64,000 nucleotides of DNA, from positions 23,314,001 to 23,378,000 of the forward strand of contig NW_024704743.1 of assembly GCF_018977255.1 (NCBI RefSeq), written 5' to 3'. Under the pieces are notes generated by a model. The model was given only the letters and a program-made list of their open reading frames with translations. It ran no database searches and was not told the DNA's origin. The first letter of the stretch is position 1; each line of letters opens with the position of its first letter. The DNA comes from Callorhinchus milii (taxonomy: Eukaryota). Of the stretch, positions 39,244 to 52,571 are shown one piece after another. A program made the position numbers and the translations under genes.

Positions 39244-40150
39244 AGAATCCATAAAATAATCCATAAAATAATCTTGTATTTGCTATACTGCCTGATCATA
39301 TCATGAAAACATCTTAAAAGCCTCAGAGGATTTTACTATGGAGCGTAGTGGCTGTGCATTTGTATGCAAATACAATTTGAACACAGCATTGTCCCACAAA
39401 CAGCCATGAAGTGAATGATCAATTTTATTTGGGGGATTGTTGCCTAGGACACTGGAAGAATCTCCCTTCTCTTTTTGAATAGTGCCACGGGATGTTTAAC
39501 GTCCATCTGAATAGGCAGGCAGGACCTTAGTTTAATGTCTCAACCGGAGGACGGCATATCCAAATGCAGTGCACTCCCAGCACTTGAAGCTTGAACCAAC
39601 AACCTTCTGACTCAGAGGAGAGAATGCTACCAGCTGAGCTGAGCCGGCTGAGTTGTTATTACTTGAGATGTTCTCAGCAATCTTGGAACATAGGATTCTA
39701 TAGAACGAAAAGAACAATTTCAGCCCCAATTTAACAGAAATCCTACACTACTCTATTTCTCAAACCCCTCAATTCATCTCTTTGTCAAATGGTCATCTAA
39801 TTCCATTTTAAAATTGCTGGCAGAATCTTCCTGCACCACTTCCCTGGACATTATCCTCCACATATTAACTGCTTTTCACTATTAGGCAGGTTTCCTTATT
39901 CCAAATGCCTTTGTTTACCTAGCAGTAAGCAGGAACCCGGTTGTTAGTCGATCAGCAGATGGATTTCCATCACCGTGGCCCAGTTGTAACATTCTTGCCT
40001 CTAAGTCAGAAGGTTGTGGGTTCCAGCCCCACAATGGGACTTGGAATCACATTGTCTAACTAACGTCCTTCAGATGAGACTTTAAACCAAGGTCCCATCT
40101 GCCTGTTCAGGGGGTTGTTAAAGATCGCATGGCATTAGTCGAAAAGAAAA

Positions 40151-40473
40151 GTGGAGTCCTGTAGCTCAGTGGTTAGAGCACTCACCTGGCAAGCGAGAGA
40201 CCTGGGTTCAATTCCAGGCAGGTCAGGGCGAAATCTTGGGCAAGTTTCCTTACTCCACACACCTAATAATAATCCCTCCAAAAACAAAAACAATAATAAA
40301 TTGATCATTTTCAATCCATGTCTGGTTGTGAGACACTGCTGTGCGCAATTGGCTGCCGTGTTTCGCCCACAAATATACAGTCAATTCACTTTACAGCATA
40401 TTCTGTGAAGCGCTTTGAGTTGTCGAGAAGATGTGAAAAGTCCTATATCAAATGCAAGGATTATTATTATTAT
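40151..40473 (+). mobile_element. Young short tRNA-derived SINE nested in an old DeuSINE (~39970-40675)
   Basis: Full head to (TTA)n; the host Deu core AAAGATCGCATGGCA...GGGAGTTTCTCCCAG is collinear across it. Confidence 0.9.
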
Positions 40474-40937
40474 AAAAGGGAGTTTCTCCCAGTATCTTGG
40501 CTAACATTCCCCCAAATTAAATTTGTCACTCGCTCCATTGCTATGCACAAATAACTGCCACATTTTGGCAACCAAATACACAGTCAATCCACTTTAAAGT
40601 ACATCTTGTGAAACGCTTTGAGGGGTCTTGAGATGTGATAAGGTACTATATCAAATCCAAGGATTATCATTATTATAGTTTCAGCCATGTTGTGTGAACT
40701 CTTGTTAAGCTAAGATCCCATTACGCTAATTTATTTGTGATATAAACTGAAGAAAAATATATACAGAGAGATATATTTATGTTAATTCAATTTACTGATG
40801 CAGTTTTATATTTAAGATCAGAAAATTCAATATAATTTAGAGGTGATAGATATATTAGAATTACACTAGCCATGATCCAATACGTGGTGAAACTGGTGAC
40901 AACTTGGAAAAACTATTCGGGTGAACGATTATCATAT

Positions 40938-41570
40938 TAACAACAAGAACAACAACAAATCGAATTTTTATAGCGTCTTTGAAATTGGGAGGATGCTCCA
41001 AGATTCTGGACAATCGAGGATTTGCACCTGAGCTGGTGGTTGGATTCAGAAGGGGTGGAGCCTAAGGGTGGAAAGATGACTGAAGGTGCAGTCAAAGAGG
41101 AAAGTATTAAGATGGATCTTGAAGGAGGCAAGTGGGCGAGGTGAATGAACTCTGGGATGGAGTTCCAGAGAGTGGGGGCAGAAAGGCTGAAGGCCCGACT
41201 ATCGATGGTGGGGCAGGCAGGGCAGGGGATGTGAAGAAGCCCAGTGCAGTGGCAATGTTGATAGTAACAATCTTGCCTTTCATTATTTTACAATACAATA
41301 AAAATTACATTTACAGTGACTTTCATATCAGGTGCATAACTCAAAGAACTTTACATTTCTGTCTGGGTACCTGAGCTGGGAGGTGGGAGCTGAAGAGGGC
41401 AGGGAGGGAAAATTAACTGAAAGCATGGTCAAAGAGGTAAGTTTTGAGGCAGGCTTTAAACATGGGGAGGGAGAGATTGAGTTGGTACAACTCCAGGATA
41501 CAGTTCCAAAGAGTGGGGATGCAGAAGGCTGAAAGCTTGCCCGCCAATAATGAAGTGGATAGGGCAGGAG
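40938..41570 (-). mobile_element. Two old L2 3' fragments
   Basis: (CAA)n tail at 40938-40957; GGATGGAGTTCCAGAG and GGCTGAAGGCCCGAC, as in the other L2 copies. Confidence 0.7.
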
Positions 41571-42054
41571 ACGGAGATAAGATTTTATTCATATGGCATA
41601 GTAAAAAAGATGTGCAGTATCTAATTCAAAATTATTATCATAACAAAGATAAGTGTCACCTACATTTAACATAACATAACATGTAGGAGCAGGAGTAGGC
41701 CACTCGGCCCTTCAAAATGGAATTTCTAAATGGAAAGAATTTTTTCTACTGTTTATTTAGGAAAAACTATCTCAAAATCCTCTGCAAGCATATACATTTG
41801 ATTCCATCACTGGGTGCTGTGGCAGCAACACTAGTGATGGCAGAAAGGAGATCTGATCTTAGAAATGTAGTCGTGGGCGACTTGAGACAAATTGTTACTT
41901 TTTCTTTATGATGAGACGTCCTTCCGACGTGAAAGGCGCTATACAAATGTAATTCTGTCATTGTTAGGATCTTTTCGCAATCCCAGCAAATCCATAGCGT
42001 TGTCAGATAACTGAAACTGAATATACGGCACACTGTTTGGGCTGCAAACTTAAT

Positions 42055-44010
42055 GAGGGTTGAGTTTCCAGGTGTCAGCTATTCAAACCTGTAACAGGGT
42101 ATTTTTTTTCTTGCAAGGCAAAGAATGTAGAAACAAATAGGAATACAGCACCTCAGTTTCTTTTCAGCAGCTGTTCACATTTACTGAAACAATCACAACA
42201 GATCAGCAATTACCAGAGTTTAGCACCTTAACAGACACAAGAGATTAGCCTCTTAACCCCAATGAGAAACACACTGATTACCAATCCAGACCTACTGATT
42301 GGAAACCTTAGCAATGTGGCCCAAATTTTCTCACTGCTCAAGTTATACTGATTGTCGAGGAGGTAATGACCAAGGATTGCAGCATTATTGTGATGTGGTC
42401 CGCGCACAAAGAAACACATGGGAGGAGACCGACCGCCAGTTGGGTGAATGCTGTATAGAACGCAGCATAAGGTTATTAGGACAACAAAGAAAATGACACC
42501 TCCAACGTGCAGCATGTAAGCCAAGAGAACTGATAAGCCTTACAGAAATAAAAGACGCTGTGGTCACCCTTTACCTGACGACACAGGAGACAATTGGTTA
42601 TTCTGTTACATCCCTGCCTTCTATTTCATGCTGCCTTGTGCACTTTAACAGATTGAAACCCACAGATTGAAAGAGTAGACTGCATTTAAGGCTTAGATGT
42701 TCTTAACTAATAATCTTGTTGCCCTTTTTTCCAACATATTCTTCAGATCACGCAAAAGGTAAAGACGAGCAAGGTATCTATCTATTGGTGATGCTTTCTG
42801 AGGTAATATGAGGAACAATAAAATCAGGTCAATGCCACCTAATGTATCCAACACTCCTCATATACAAGTCTGGGCAATGTTTCTTAGTATGGCAGATTGT
42901 TATGATTATAAAAACAGAAGTCGCTGGAAACACGCAGCAGGTCAGGCAGCATCTATGGAGAAAGGAAAATTAGTTAACCTTTCAGGTCAATGACTTTTTG
43001 TCAGAATTCAGAAATATTATGATTATGGTTGGTCTTTATGAAGAGCCAGCCCAGTGATTGAAGCTGGTTTGCTCTTCACCCGCTCCTGCTCCTGCTCCTG
43101 TGAGATATCACAGCCTCTGTTCACTCCTTCCACATTCAGCATGACTCAGGTTGGGGCTGAGTAGACAGAATATTGCTCTGTAACTGAGTGTTTGCACTTT
43201 AACATTTCATAACATAATGACTCTGCTTTACTTCTTTTTTGGAATATGAAAATGTTTGCTAGCCTCTTGTCCTCAAGTACAACTGTGCTCTTTATAGAAT
43301 TGCTAAAATATTAACCAACATCTTTGTTGTTGCCTGACAAGTTTTCTTGAGGATATATGTAACATTTAAACCCACAATAGCATTATGAGAGGAAAAAGAA
43401 GAAAATAAAGTGCGTGTCTACAGGACAAGGATGAAGAGGTGTGAAGACTTCATCACTATATGGAGGCTGTATAGACTTATGAATGCCATATCTGGAACTG
43501 GCAAAGAATCAGTTTGAGGAGTTCGAGATTTCTCAGGGAGGTAACGTCTGAAGCATGTACAATGCTTGAAACGGATTTAAAAGAGCCATCAGTGACTCCA
43601 ATTGTTCTGCTTGTGTCTGTGAAAGTGATTGCAGCCATTCATTTTCTGGACACTGGGTCTTTCCAGGCACCAAGAGATGATTTTTCTGACATTATAAAAG
43701 GCACCACGTCCATCTGTATTCATGAGGTGTTTGATGGACTGTTCCAGAAGTCTCACAGCTTCATCCATTTCCACACAAATGTTGAAAAACATTGGAGAGA
43801 CATCAACCACTGTATGTCATAGATGGCTTCCCTTCTGCTGTGATGTTTGCGTGACTTTACATACTTGTCAGTATTGGCCCCAGAAATCAAACAAATGTAA
43901 TTATCATTTGCAAGGACTTCCATGCGCAGACAGTCTGTAGTGCAATTAAAAATGGTCCTTGTTGTGAATGTGCACCGTCAAAGTATAATGCCTTCATCTA
44001 GCTTGGTTCG
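42055..44010 (+). mobile_element. Decayed autonomous-type PIF/Harbinger element: Myb/SANT-like ORF followed by transposase
   Basis: Myb-like PNFLTAQVILIVEEV (42321) and TWEE. Transposase ORF 43514-43822 VKVIAAIHFLDTGSFQ...SICIHEVFDGLF...FIHF is HARBI1-like, followed by GFP and KDFH remnants. Possible TIR GGGTTGAGTTTCC at ~42057. Confidence 0.8.
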
Positions 44011-44184
44011 TTTGAACAGGATAAAAAGCTGCAAATCTTCTTTTTTTTTCACAGAAAATCACACTGAAGGTCTGAAACTTGTTATCCCATTCATTGACCT
44101 AGAAATGTCAGGAGTGCATAAATATACACCGAGACAATATGATCAACAAAAGAGCAAACATGCTGCATAACCTTACACCAAAAA

Positions 44185-44840
44185 CAACTTCCTTTATGTA
44201 ACACATTTCACTTAGAAGAATGTCTGAAAGCACTTCACAGAAATGAGAAGCATGAGCAGGGTGAGAGATGGGTGCGAGTGGGAGGGGAGTAAAGAAGGAG
44301 ATAACCAAAGGCACTTTCAAAGGTGTAGATTTTTAGAAGGGTTTTGAAAGGAGAAAGGGAGCTTGTGATCTAGAGGGAGTTTGGGATATCTCCAGAGAGT
44401 GAGTGCAAAATAGCTGAAATCTTGATCGTCAATGGTGGGGCAGAAACAAAATTGTGGAAGCACTGTGAACCTATTGTAATGGATACACAGCAGAGCCAAA
44501 TTGGCAAAGTGGAGTGGATAGGAGAGTAGGATTGCACAAGATCACAGATCTCAGATGGTGCAAGAGTATGGAAACATTTGGAAGTTAGAATGAGGCTCTT
44601 AGAGTCGATCTGCTAGGAATAGATAAACAATGGAGTCTGGCAAGGATGGGGGCAATATGTCTTGGCGCATAAAACGGGAAAGAAAAAGGAATACACACTG
44701 TAAATCTGGAAAATCATTAGCTTGTTACCCCATTCCATGTCCTAGAAATGCCAGGAGTGCATAAATAGGCACAGAGTTAGGAAGGCATTGGTAAGATCAA
44801 GTCTGGAGATGACAAATGGGTGCATGAAGGTTTTAGCTGC
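44185..44840 (-). mobile_element. Very old L2 3' fragment
   Basis: Degenerate homology (GTCTGGAGATGACAAATGGGTGCATGAAGG) and an L2-type tail at ~44195-44240. Confidence 0.6.
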
Positions 44841-45315
44841 TTTGCTGTGTCATAAGCATAAATAAAGGCAATGAAAGACTCTGGCAGTCAGCATTGTCAC
44901 AATAGATTCGAGTAAAACCCATTCATACCTAATGCTGTTGAGAGAGTATCATGTGCCAAAGTGGCAGATGACACAGCCAATCATTGCTGAGATATTTAAC
45001 CTAGCTGTGATTTGCTAAACCTAGAATCATACCTCTAAACAATAATATGTATTTATATAGTACTTCATATAAGCTAGCATCTCAGAACTATGTGTCCAAA
45101 GCTCCATAGCAATTTCAGTAATAACAGTACCAATAGTGATTCAACAAACATATCAATAAAGAAGCCACATATATAATTTGGTCACTCAATCCATGACTGT
45201 TTGTGGGATACTGCTGTGAGCAATTGACTGCTGTGTTTTGCCCCCCAAAAATACATTCAATTAACTTTACAGTATATTCTGTGAAGAGCTTTGAGACGTC
45301 TTGAAGACATGATAA

Positions 45316-45708
45316 TCTTCAAGATGGAGGAGTGGAGGAATGGATCCCTCCACTCCTCCACACCCCCGTACCTCTCTGACCTCCTCTCTCCTCAAAACAG
45401 AGGCTGTTGCCTTCATTCCTCTGGGTCTGGCCTCCTCCTTGTCCCCCGAGTCCTCCGTTCCACCCCCTGGCGGCCGTGCCTTCAGCCACTATGCCCCGAG
45501 GATCTGGAACTGCCTTCCTCACTCCCTTCGCCTCACCCTCTCTCTTCCAATTTTCAGGTCTTTGCTGAAGTCCTTTCTTTTTGACCGTGCCTTTGGTCAC
45601 CTTCCTCCCCCTTCCCCGGCTCGGCCCCGGGATCTGTTACTGTGAAGCGCTCTGAGACGCCGTCCGGCGTGGAGGGCGCTATGTAAATCCAAGTTGTTGT
45701 TGTTGTTG
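45316..45708 (+). mobile_element. L2 family B 3' end inserted into a SINE tail
   Basis: Close match to 7680-8046; TGATAA duplicated at 45310-45315 and 45707-45712. Confidence 0.92.
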
Positions 45709-46358
45709 ATAAGGTGCTATATCAAATGCAAGGATTGTTATTATGTTAAGCAACAAAAAAAAATCTTAAATGTTTTCCACACTGAGAATTTTTGTGATCC
45801 ATACAATGAATTCATTCTAATGATCACTGGTAACTTGGCCACAAAGCTTGACATCATATCGTCATATTACTTGAAACGCCTTGCTCCATACCATTTATAC
45901 ATAGAGCAGATGCTTGAGGAACATGAGTGTCATTGTTTCCCAGACCATAACTTGCCCATTTATCATCATCTTCTCACTGCTGCCATTCTAATTCTCAATC
46001 CAGCCAGGTAATTTGTCATTACTTCCATCTGCCTTTATCTTCTGGAAAATTACTGATGTAGAACGCCATCAAATGCCTTCTGAAAATCGAAATATTTTAT
46101 ATCCACTGGATACTGTTTATCTGCTAGTTTTTCCACTTTCTCAAAAAATAAAAATTCTAAGAAATTCATGAGGCATGACATATCGCTTCCAAAACCGTGG
46201 TAATTTCTCCTTCAAACCTCTGTGATCTTTAGACAAATATTGATAGAATCCCATGAAATTCTCTACAGCGTTTTCTCTTGTACTACTGTTAGACAGACAC
46301 ATTTAAAATTCCTTGATTGAAATTTCAATCATCTTCTGTATATACATAGAAGAATATT

Positions 46359-46688
46359 AATAATAATAATAATAATAATCCTTGCATTTGATATAGCGCT
46401 TTTCACATCTTCTAGACGTCCCAAAGCGCTTCACAGAATATACTATAAAGTGAATTGACTGTATATTTGTGGGCGAACGCGGCAGCCAATTGCGCACAGC
46501 AGTGTCCCACAAACAGTCATGGATTGAAAATGACCAATTTATTATTGTTTTGTTTTTTTGGAGGGCTTATTATTAGGAGTGTGGAGTAAGGAAACTTGCC
46601 CAAGGTTTCGCCCTGACCTGCCTGGAATTGAACTCAGGTCTCTCACTTGCAAAGTGAGTGCTCTAACCACTGAGCTATAGGACTCCAC
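46359..46688 (-). mobile_element. Young short SINE, full length, with TSD; second SINE tail at ~46710-46810
   Basis: GAAGAATA at 46349-46356 and 46689-46696; intact head and (TTA)n. Confidence 0.92.
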
Positions 46689-46849
46689 GAAGAATACGTA
46701 GAAGAATAATAATATAATAATAATAATAATCCTTGCATTTGATCTAGCGCTTTGCACGTCTTCTAGACATCCCAAAGCACTTCACAGAATATACTGTAAA
46801 GTGAATTGACATGGAAATGGGCCAATTAGTCTGCCCTTGTGTTTATGCC

Positions 46850-47440
46850 CCATATTCTTACCCCAGACGCAGTCGAAACACTTGGCCATGCGAGTGTTCC
46901 AACATCATCTCCCACCTCGTCTGTTCAAATGCCCTCCTCGCCAATCTCCCCAGCTCCACCATTCACAAGAAACATCTGATCCAAACCTCCACCGCCCACA
47001 TACTCACCCATACTAAACTCTGAACTCCAATCATACCAGTTCTAGCCAGGCTCCACTGGCTCCCTTTCACCGAATGGATTGATCGCAAGATCCTCATACT
47101 CGTGTTCAAATCCCTTTGTGTCCTGGCACGTCCCAACCTCTCCAACATTCTTACTCCACAATCCGTTACTTCTGCTCGACTGGCTTCGGTCTCCTGCATC
47201 CCTCGTGCCCTCTGTTCCCCCATCTGTGGCCGCCTTTACACCCTAAAACTCTGGAACACTCTTCCTCTATCATTCCGCCTTGCCCCTCCTTCCTGAGTTT
47301 CAGATCGCACCTGAAGACCTTCCTCTTTGACCATGCCTACGGTCACCTCCGCCATCTCAGCTTCATGCTCCATCACTGTCAAGTATTGTGGGACACTATC
47401 CTGCATGAGGGGCACTATATAAATGCAAGTTGTTGTTGTT
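46850..47440 (+). mobile_element. Old L2 3' part
   Basis: CCAGGCTCCACTGGCTCCC...GAAGACCTTCCTCTTTGACC...AAATGCAAGTTGTTGTTG. Confidence 0.85.
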
Positions 47441-47931
47441 ATACTCCATGTGAGCTTCCACACTCCAAACTTCTCTGTGATTCTTTATGTATTTACTTAA
47501 AACAAAAGCTCTTGAAATTATTCATCTATGCCTTGCTTGTTTTCTTGCTCATCACTTCTGGGCTCGGTATCTTGGAGACACCTTGGGATGGATGCTGTTC
47601 CATGAGCTCCGTGTTATCCTCTACATTGCGCACCTATTGACATGGATTACTCACTTTTGTTTGGTACATTTCACGTCCGTTTGAGCTTGTAAATGATTAG
47701 CTCTAAAACAATCATGAAGTATAATTTTGTGTTACATATTAAGTACAGTATTTATACTTTAAAACTGTATTAAAGTTATTGGTTAAGTGCAGAGCAATAA
47801 ATTTTAAGGAAATACACTTAGCTCACATCAATGAATACAGTACATAAAAAGTAGAGCAGAATATATTTATGCATGTAGTCACAAAATACTTTAACAAGCT
47901 TTGGGAATAGCAATGTGGGGGGTTCTGCTAA

Positions 47932-48770
47932 TGTAGGGACAGCTAAGCAATGAGATCGTTCCAAAGAGGATTTAAAATGTACCTAAGAGAGAGGCGGAAG
48001 CCGGACGATGTTAAACCTGTAACCTGCCCTCCTTGCCCCACCTTGGGCTCTCTCTTTCTCCTAGACTGGAGGACAGGATATGGAAGTTTCAGGAGCCTCC
48101 GGGGAGAATAAATAAAACCTGCAACTGAGCTGTAAGGCCAGGCTGAATCTGCCAAGGTCCCTTGAGCTATTCCCCTGGGACTCACACAAATAGAAGCCCC
48201 CGTAGCTCTGACGAGGGACACATGACTAATGAGGGAGAGAGTTGTGAAAATATCAATGATGGTCAGACATACATGGGGGTACAAAACACTAGCGATAGTG
48301 AGTGTTGTCTCTTCCTGCAAGAGACGTGGAGTCCTGTAGCTCAGTGGTCGGAGCATTCACCTCACAAGCGAGAGTCCTGGGTTTGATTCCCGGTAGGGTG
48401 AAATCTTGGGCAAGTTTCCTTACTCCACACGCCTGTTAATAATCCCTCAAGAAAAAAAAACAATCATAAATTGGTCACTTCAATCCACGACTGTTTATGG
48501 GACACTGCTGCGCGCAATTGGCTGCCATGTTTCACCTACAAATATACAGTCAATTCACTTTAAAGTCTATTCTACTTTACAGTACCTTGAAGCGCTTTGA
48601 GACGTTTAGAAGACGTGAAAAGTGCTATATCAAATGCAAAGATTATTATGATTATTATTATTATTATTAAGGCTGCTAAAGCCAACACCCTGAACTAATA
48701 AATCATCTATTCATCAACCAAGTCTGCCTCCATGTGTTCAGTATCCATTTGACTCTAGTTGGTGCTGACA
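47932..48770 (+). mobile_element. Possible solo LTR interrupted by a SINE
   Basis: TG...CA ends, TATA-like AATAAATAAAA at ~48107, AATAAA at ~48697, flanks CTAA/ATAA. Confidence 0.35.
48326..48668 (+). mobile_element. Young short tRNA-derived SINE
   Basis: GTGGAGTCCTGTAGCTCAGTGG head to (TTA)n tail. Confidence 0.92.
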
Positions 48771-51659
48771 ATAAACTTCCCAAAATTCTCAGACAAGTTT
48801 GAATTAATTTGTAATTTGTTTGCAATTGTCAGCTGTGAATAAGTCATGTGACGAATTAACATTTTTGAGGTTTACCCATAACAATTCTATCCAGTCATCA
48901 GCAGGCCTTAAATATTCCACCAACAGAAAATCTATCTTTCTTTATTTCTCTTATTCGATTACATATTTTATATGTTCTCATTGATATGGTTCCCGGTCTT
49001 TATATCTAACTATAAAATGAATACTCAGATATTCTCTTCTCCCAGTTAGTTATATCTAATCTAGCATCTATTCTGGTCTCCAACTAATGCAGCATAACTA
49101 TATCATGGTTAATCCAAATCCAGAATTATTCTATCTATGTTGAACTTTGTTAACTCTATCTGAAATATTGAATTCAGATTCAATTTCATTGAATATACTT
49201 TCACCAGTTGGTACTCACAGGTCAATACTTAAATAAAGAACAGTCATACTTGAGATAGAGACCTTACTAAGTTATATTGGCGACATTGTTGGTGTTAAAA
49301 TGATGATGAGACTCATTTAAATGGCCCAGATCATGATACCCCAAATTAAAGTATCATACTTGGAAATGCTTGTGTTCTCCACATCTGTTAATCCCTCTGT
49401 GCAGATGTTTTTACACATGGTTAATATACCATACAAATTACACCCTATTTTGTGACCAAACAGAAACAACTTGTACTTTAGCGTTTTCTACAGGCAGATT
49501 GATAATGATAATAATCCATGCATTTGATGTAGCACCTTATCATGTCGTCAAACCGTCTCAAAAATGCTTCACATCATTTTACTGTGAAGTGCAGTGGCTG
49601 TGCATTTGCAGGCGAATGCAGCAGACAATTTGCACATATCAATGACCCATTAATCTGAGAAAAAAATTTAGTACAACTTCACAGATACAGCAATCACTTG
49701 TTTGCTATTGTTATTCAAGGACAAGTAGCACTCAATAATGTTAAACGTCCAACACTGCGAATCTTCCACCAAATATATACAGTATTTCACACTAAAGGAT
49801 AGATCAAGATCTTCTCAAACAACACTTTAATGCTCCCAGCCAGATCTCAATTTTGCACAACCTCATGGAACTAAGCAACATTTTGCTTGTTATCATGATT
49901 AATCATTTGATAGGCACTCGAGGTTCTCTGCATCTCTCCTATCTATTTCTAGTCTTTTTCCTACACTTCCCAATGCAGTGTCAAGGGGAGCTGCTTTCGT
50001 TGGAGATGCCGTTCTTCAGATGAAACATTAAACTATGATCGTACCTATCTCTTCAGGAAGATGATAAAGATCCTACGGTACTATTCAAAAAGAGAAGGGA
50101 GCTTCTCCCAGTTTCTGGGAGTTTCTGACCGACCAACACCTCGTAGATTAAATTGGTCATTTTCTTCATGGTTGTTTATGGGACAAGTTGGATGCTGCAT
50201 TTGCATACAAATTTACAGTTTCTACACTTCACAGGAAAATCCTCTGAAGCACTTTGAGATCTTTTGATGATGTGATTTACGTGTTACATCACATGCAGGG
50301 ATTCTTATTATTTATTTGCTGTAGAAATTTACAGTGAATGCCACTCGCTAGTTAGTTGACATATTGTTGGCATATTGTTTCTGTTTGTGTTGAGTTTGCG
50401 TGGTATGTTAATCATGTGTAAATATATGTACACAGAGGGATACAGGTGCCCATAATTAATGTAACAACCAATGATTCTGGAATCAATTTCAATGGTTGTA
50501 AACTGAAGTTGCCTATAATTCAATCTGTTCAATCTATATACAGCCTAAACCTACAAATCAAACCCCACTTAAAACAGATTTCCTTCATGTATGAGGAGTA
50601 TCAAGCAGTCTGAATCTATCATCTTTGGCTCTAATCTGGGACTGAAGTTCTTTCAGCATTTCTGAGTCTTTTATATTACCAATTCCTTAGAAAGATTCTA
50701 CAGTGACTTGTGCAATCACTGTAATCCAAACACTGCACCTCCCAAAATATCTTCTGATACTTTATTTACACATGTTGCCTAGCCTGGGGAAGACAGAATT
50801 AAGCTTCAGTTAGCTTCACTCATTTCAGTTCTGGTGACGAAAACACCAGGCCACTGCGAGCGTTGCATTCTGCATTTTGTATAACCTGCTCGGTTGATTC
50901 TCTTCACCAGTACATTATCAGAATTATCCAGAAAATTAAAATAAATGAAATCTGAAAAATTTTACTTTACATAATTATATTTGTGTGTGTGTATAATCCA
51001 ATACAGACCACATGGTGGTGCTAATAATTACAGGGCAGTAAACAACATTTTAGTCCATTGTTGTAATGAAACATGGGAAATTTTAAGAAAAAAGCCATAT
51101 TACCCAATACTCTTTTTATTGATCTCAACCTTCACCTTCCCATTGTATCACAACATCTATTTAATCCCTCTTTCTCCAGGTACACAGCTAATTGTCTCTA
51201 TTTGCATTTGTAGAATTCTCTGCTAACATGTTCTATATATCTTTGTGTATATTATTATTATATTATTATATTATTATTGTGTAAGAGAGTTCTGCTTAAA
51301 TTCTTATTTGCTAACCTGTTTATTTTGTTTTAAAGGAAACCCCTTAGATTGTGAAGCCTTTTGCAATCTAAACTATTTTGATCAGGTTTATAAATCCATT
51401 TCATAGGTCTGGAAACTTAAAGAAGGGATGGGATACATGTGGAATAGGGAAACAGTGGAGATAGCTCAAACTTTGAAAAATAAGAACAATCTGAATAAGC
51501 TTTTGATGAAAAAAGGATTGATGAGTGTAAGATACTTTGGGACTGAGCAAATGAATCCCACATATCCCTATGTTCCTACATTAAACGGGTTGAACAGTAT
51601 TTCTGTCCAATTACATCCCATCACCTGCAAAATACCTGCAGTCACATCACTTTATATTC

Positions 51660-51900
51660 CTGGCTTAGTGGTAGTCAGTCCCATATGGGGACTTGGAATC
51701 ACATCGTCTACGATGACACTCCAATGCAGTGCTGGTGGTGTGTTGTGTTATCGGTGGTGCTGTCCTTCAGATAAGACATTAACTGAGGTCCCATCTCCCC
51801 TATTCTGGTGGATGATAAAGATCCCATGGCACTATCCGAAAAGAGAAGGGAGTTTCTCTCGGTGTTCTGACCGACAATCCCCCAAATAAGTTTAACTAAA
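51660..51900 (+). mobile_element. Old DeuSINE central domain (a similar copy lies at ~49970-50310)
   Basis: CAGATAAGACATTAACTGAGGTCCCATCT...AAAGATCCCATGGCACTAT...GGGAGTTTCTCTCGGTGTTCTG. Confidence 0.8.
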
Positions 51901-52310
51901 AAATAAAATAGAATTTAAATTTCAAGGTTGAAATAATTTATTGCGGAATCTTGAAAGCCAACTGTGTTAGTTTGCAAGCTTAAAATATTCAAATTTAAAA
52001 CCCCTGCCGTTAATACGAAAGTGATTCCAGTATTAAAACATTCTGAGCGCGATTTTTGCTGCTTGTCGGAATGATTTCGAAAACAGTGGCTCTGAATTTG
52101 AATTACACGGCACTTAAAGTCGAATTTCAATAACTAAATTTACATCTTGGCAGAGCTAAATGAGTTCGCAGAACTAAAAACCCGGGTGACTCATTGATTG
52201 CTGCAATAAATTCGAGTTTTGTCTAGGAGCAACGACCGATGATTTGGAGTGACTGATTTCGACGAAGAGCTAAAAGATGATATTTTGGGGAAAAAAAAGA
52301 GAACCGATAC

Positions 52311-52380
52311 CTGATCTCAAGAGTTTTGTGAGTGCGCTCGAGAGTGCGCGCAGCTCTCCTCAGCCTTGACCAATGCGATT
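52311..52380 (-). promoter_or_regulatory. Candidate minus-strand promoter and first exon
   Basis: Donor CAG|GTATCG at 52311/52310; NRF1-like TGCGCGCA at ~52345; CCAAT at ~52371; CpG-enriched flank. Confidence 0.4.
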
Positions 52381-52571
52381 AGGAGCGGGAAATGTAAATC
52401 AGGTTTTCCTCCTCCTCATCCCTTTGCTGCTGGAAGGCTTATTATGGGCTTTGCTTCTGGGGAGTCTAGACTTGGTGAGGAAGGGAGGGGGGAAGGGGAG
52501 AGAGGGGGAGAGAGGGAGAGGGAGATGAGGTCTCCAGAGAAAGCCAAAAGCGACTGACAAAACCCAACTCA

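Noticed and set aside
43514..43822. HARBI1 host gene
   Set aside because: Stops and frameshifts flank the ORF and the catalytic motifs are degraded; it is a transposon fossil.
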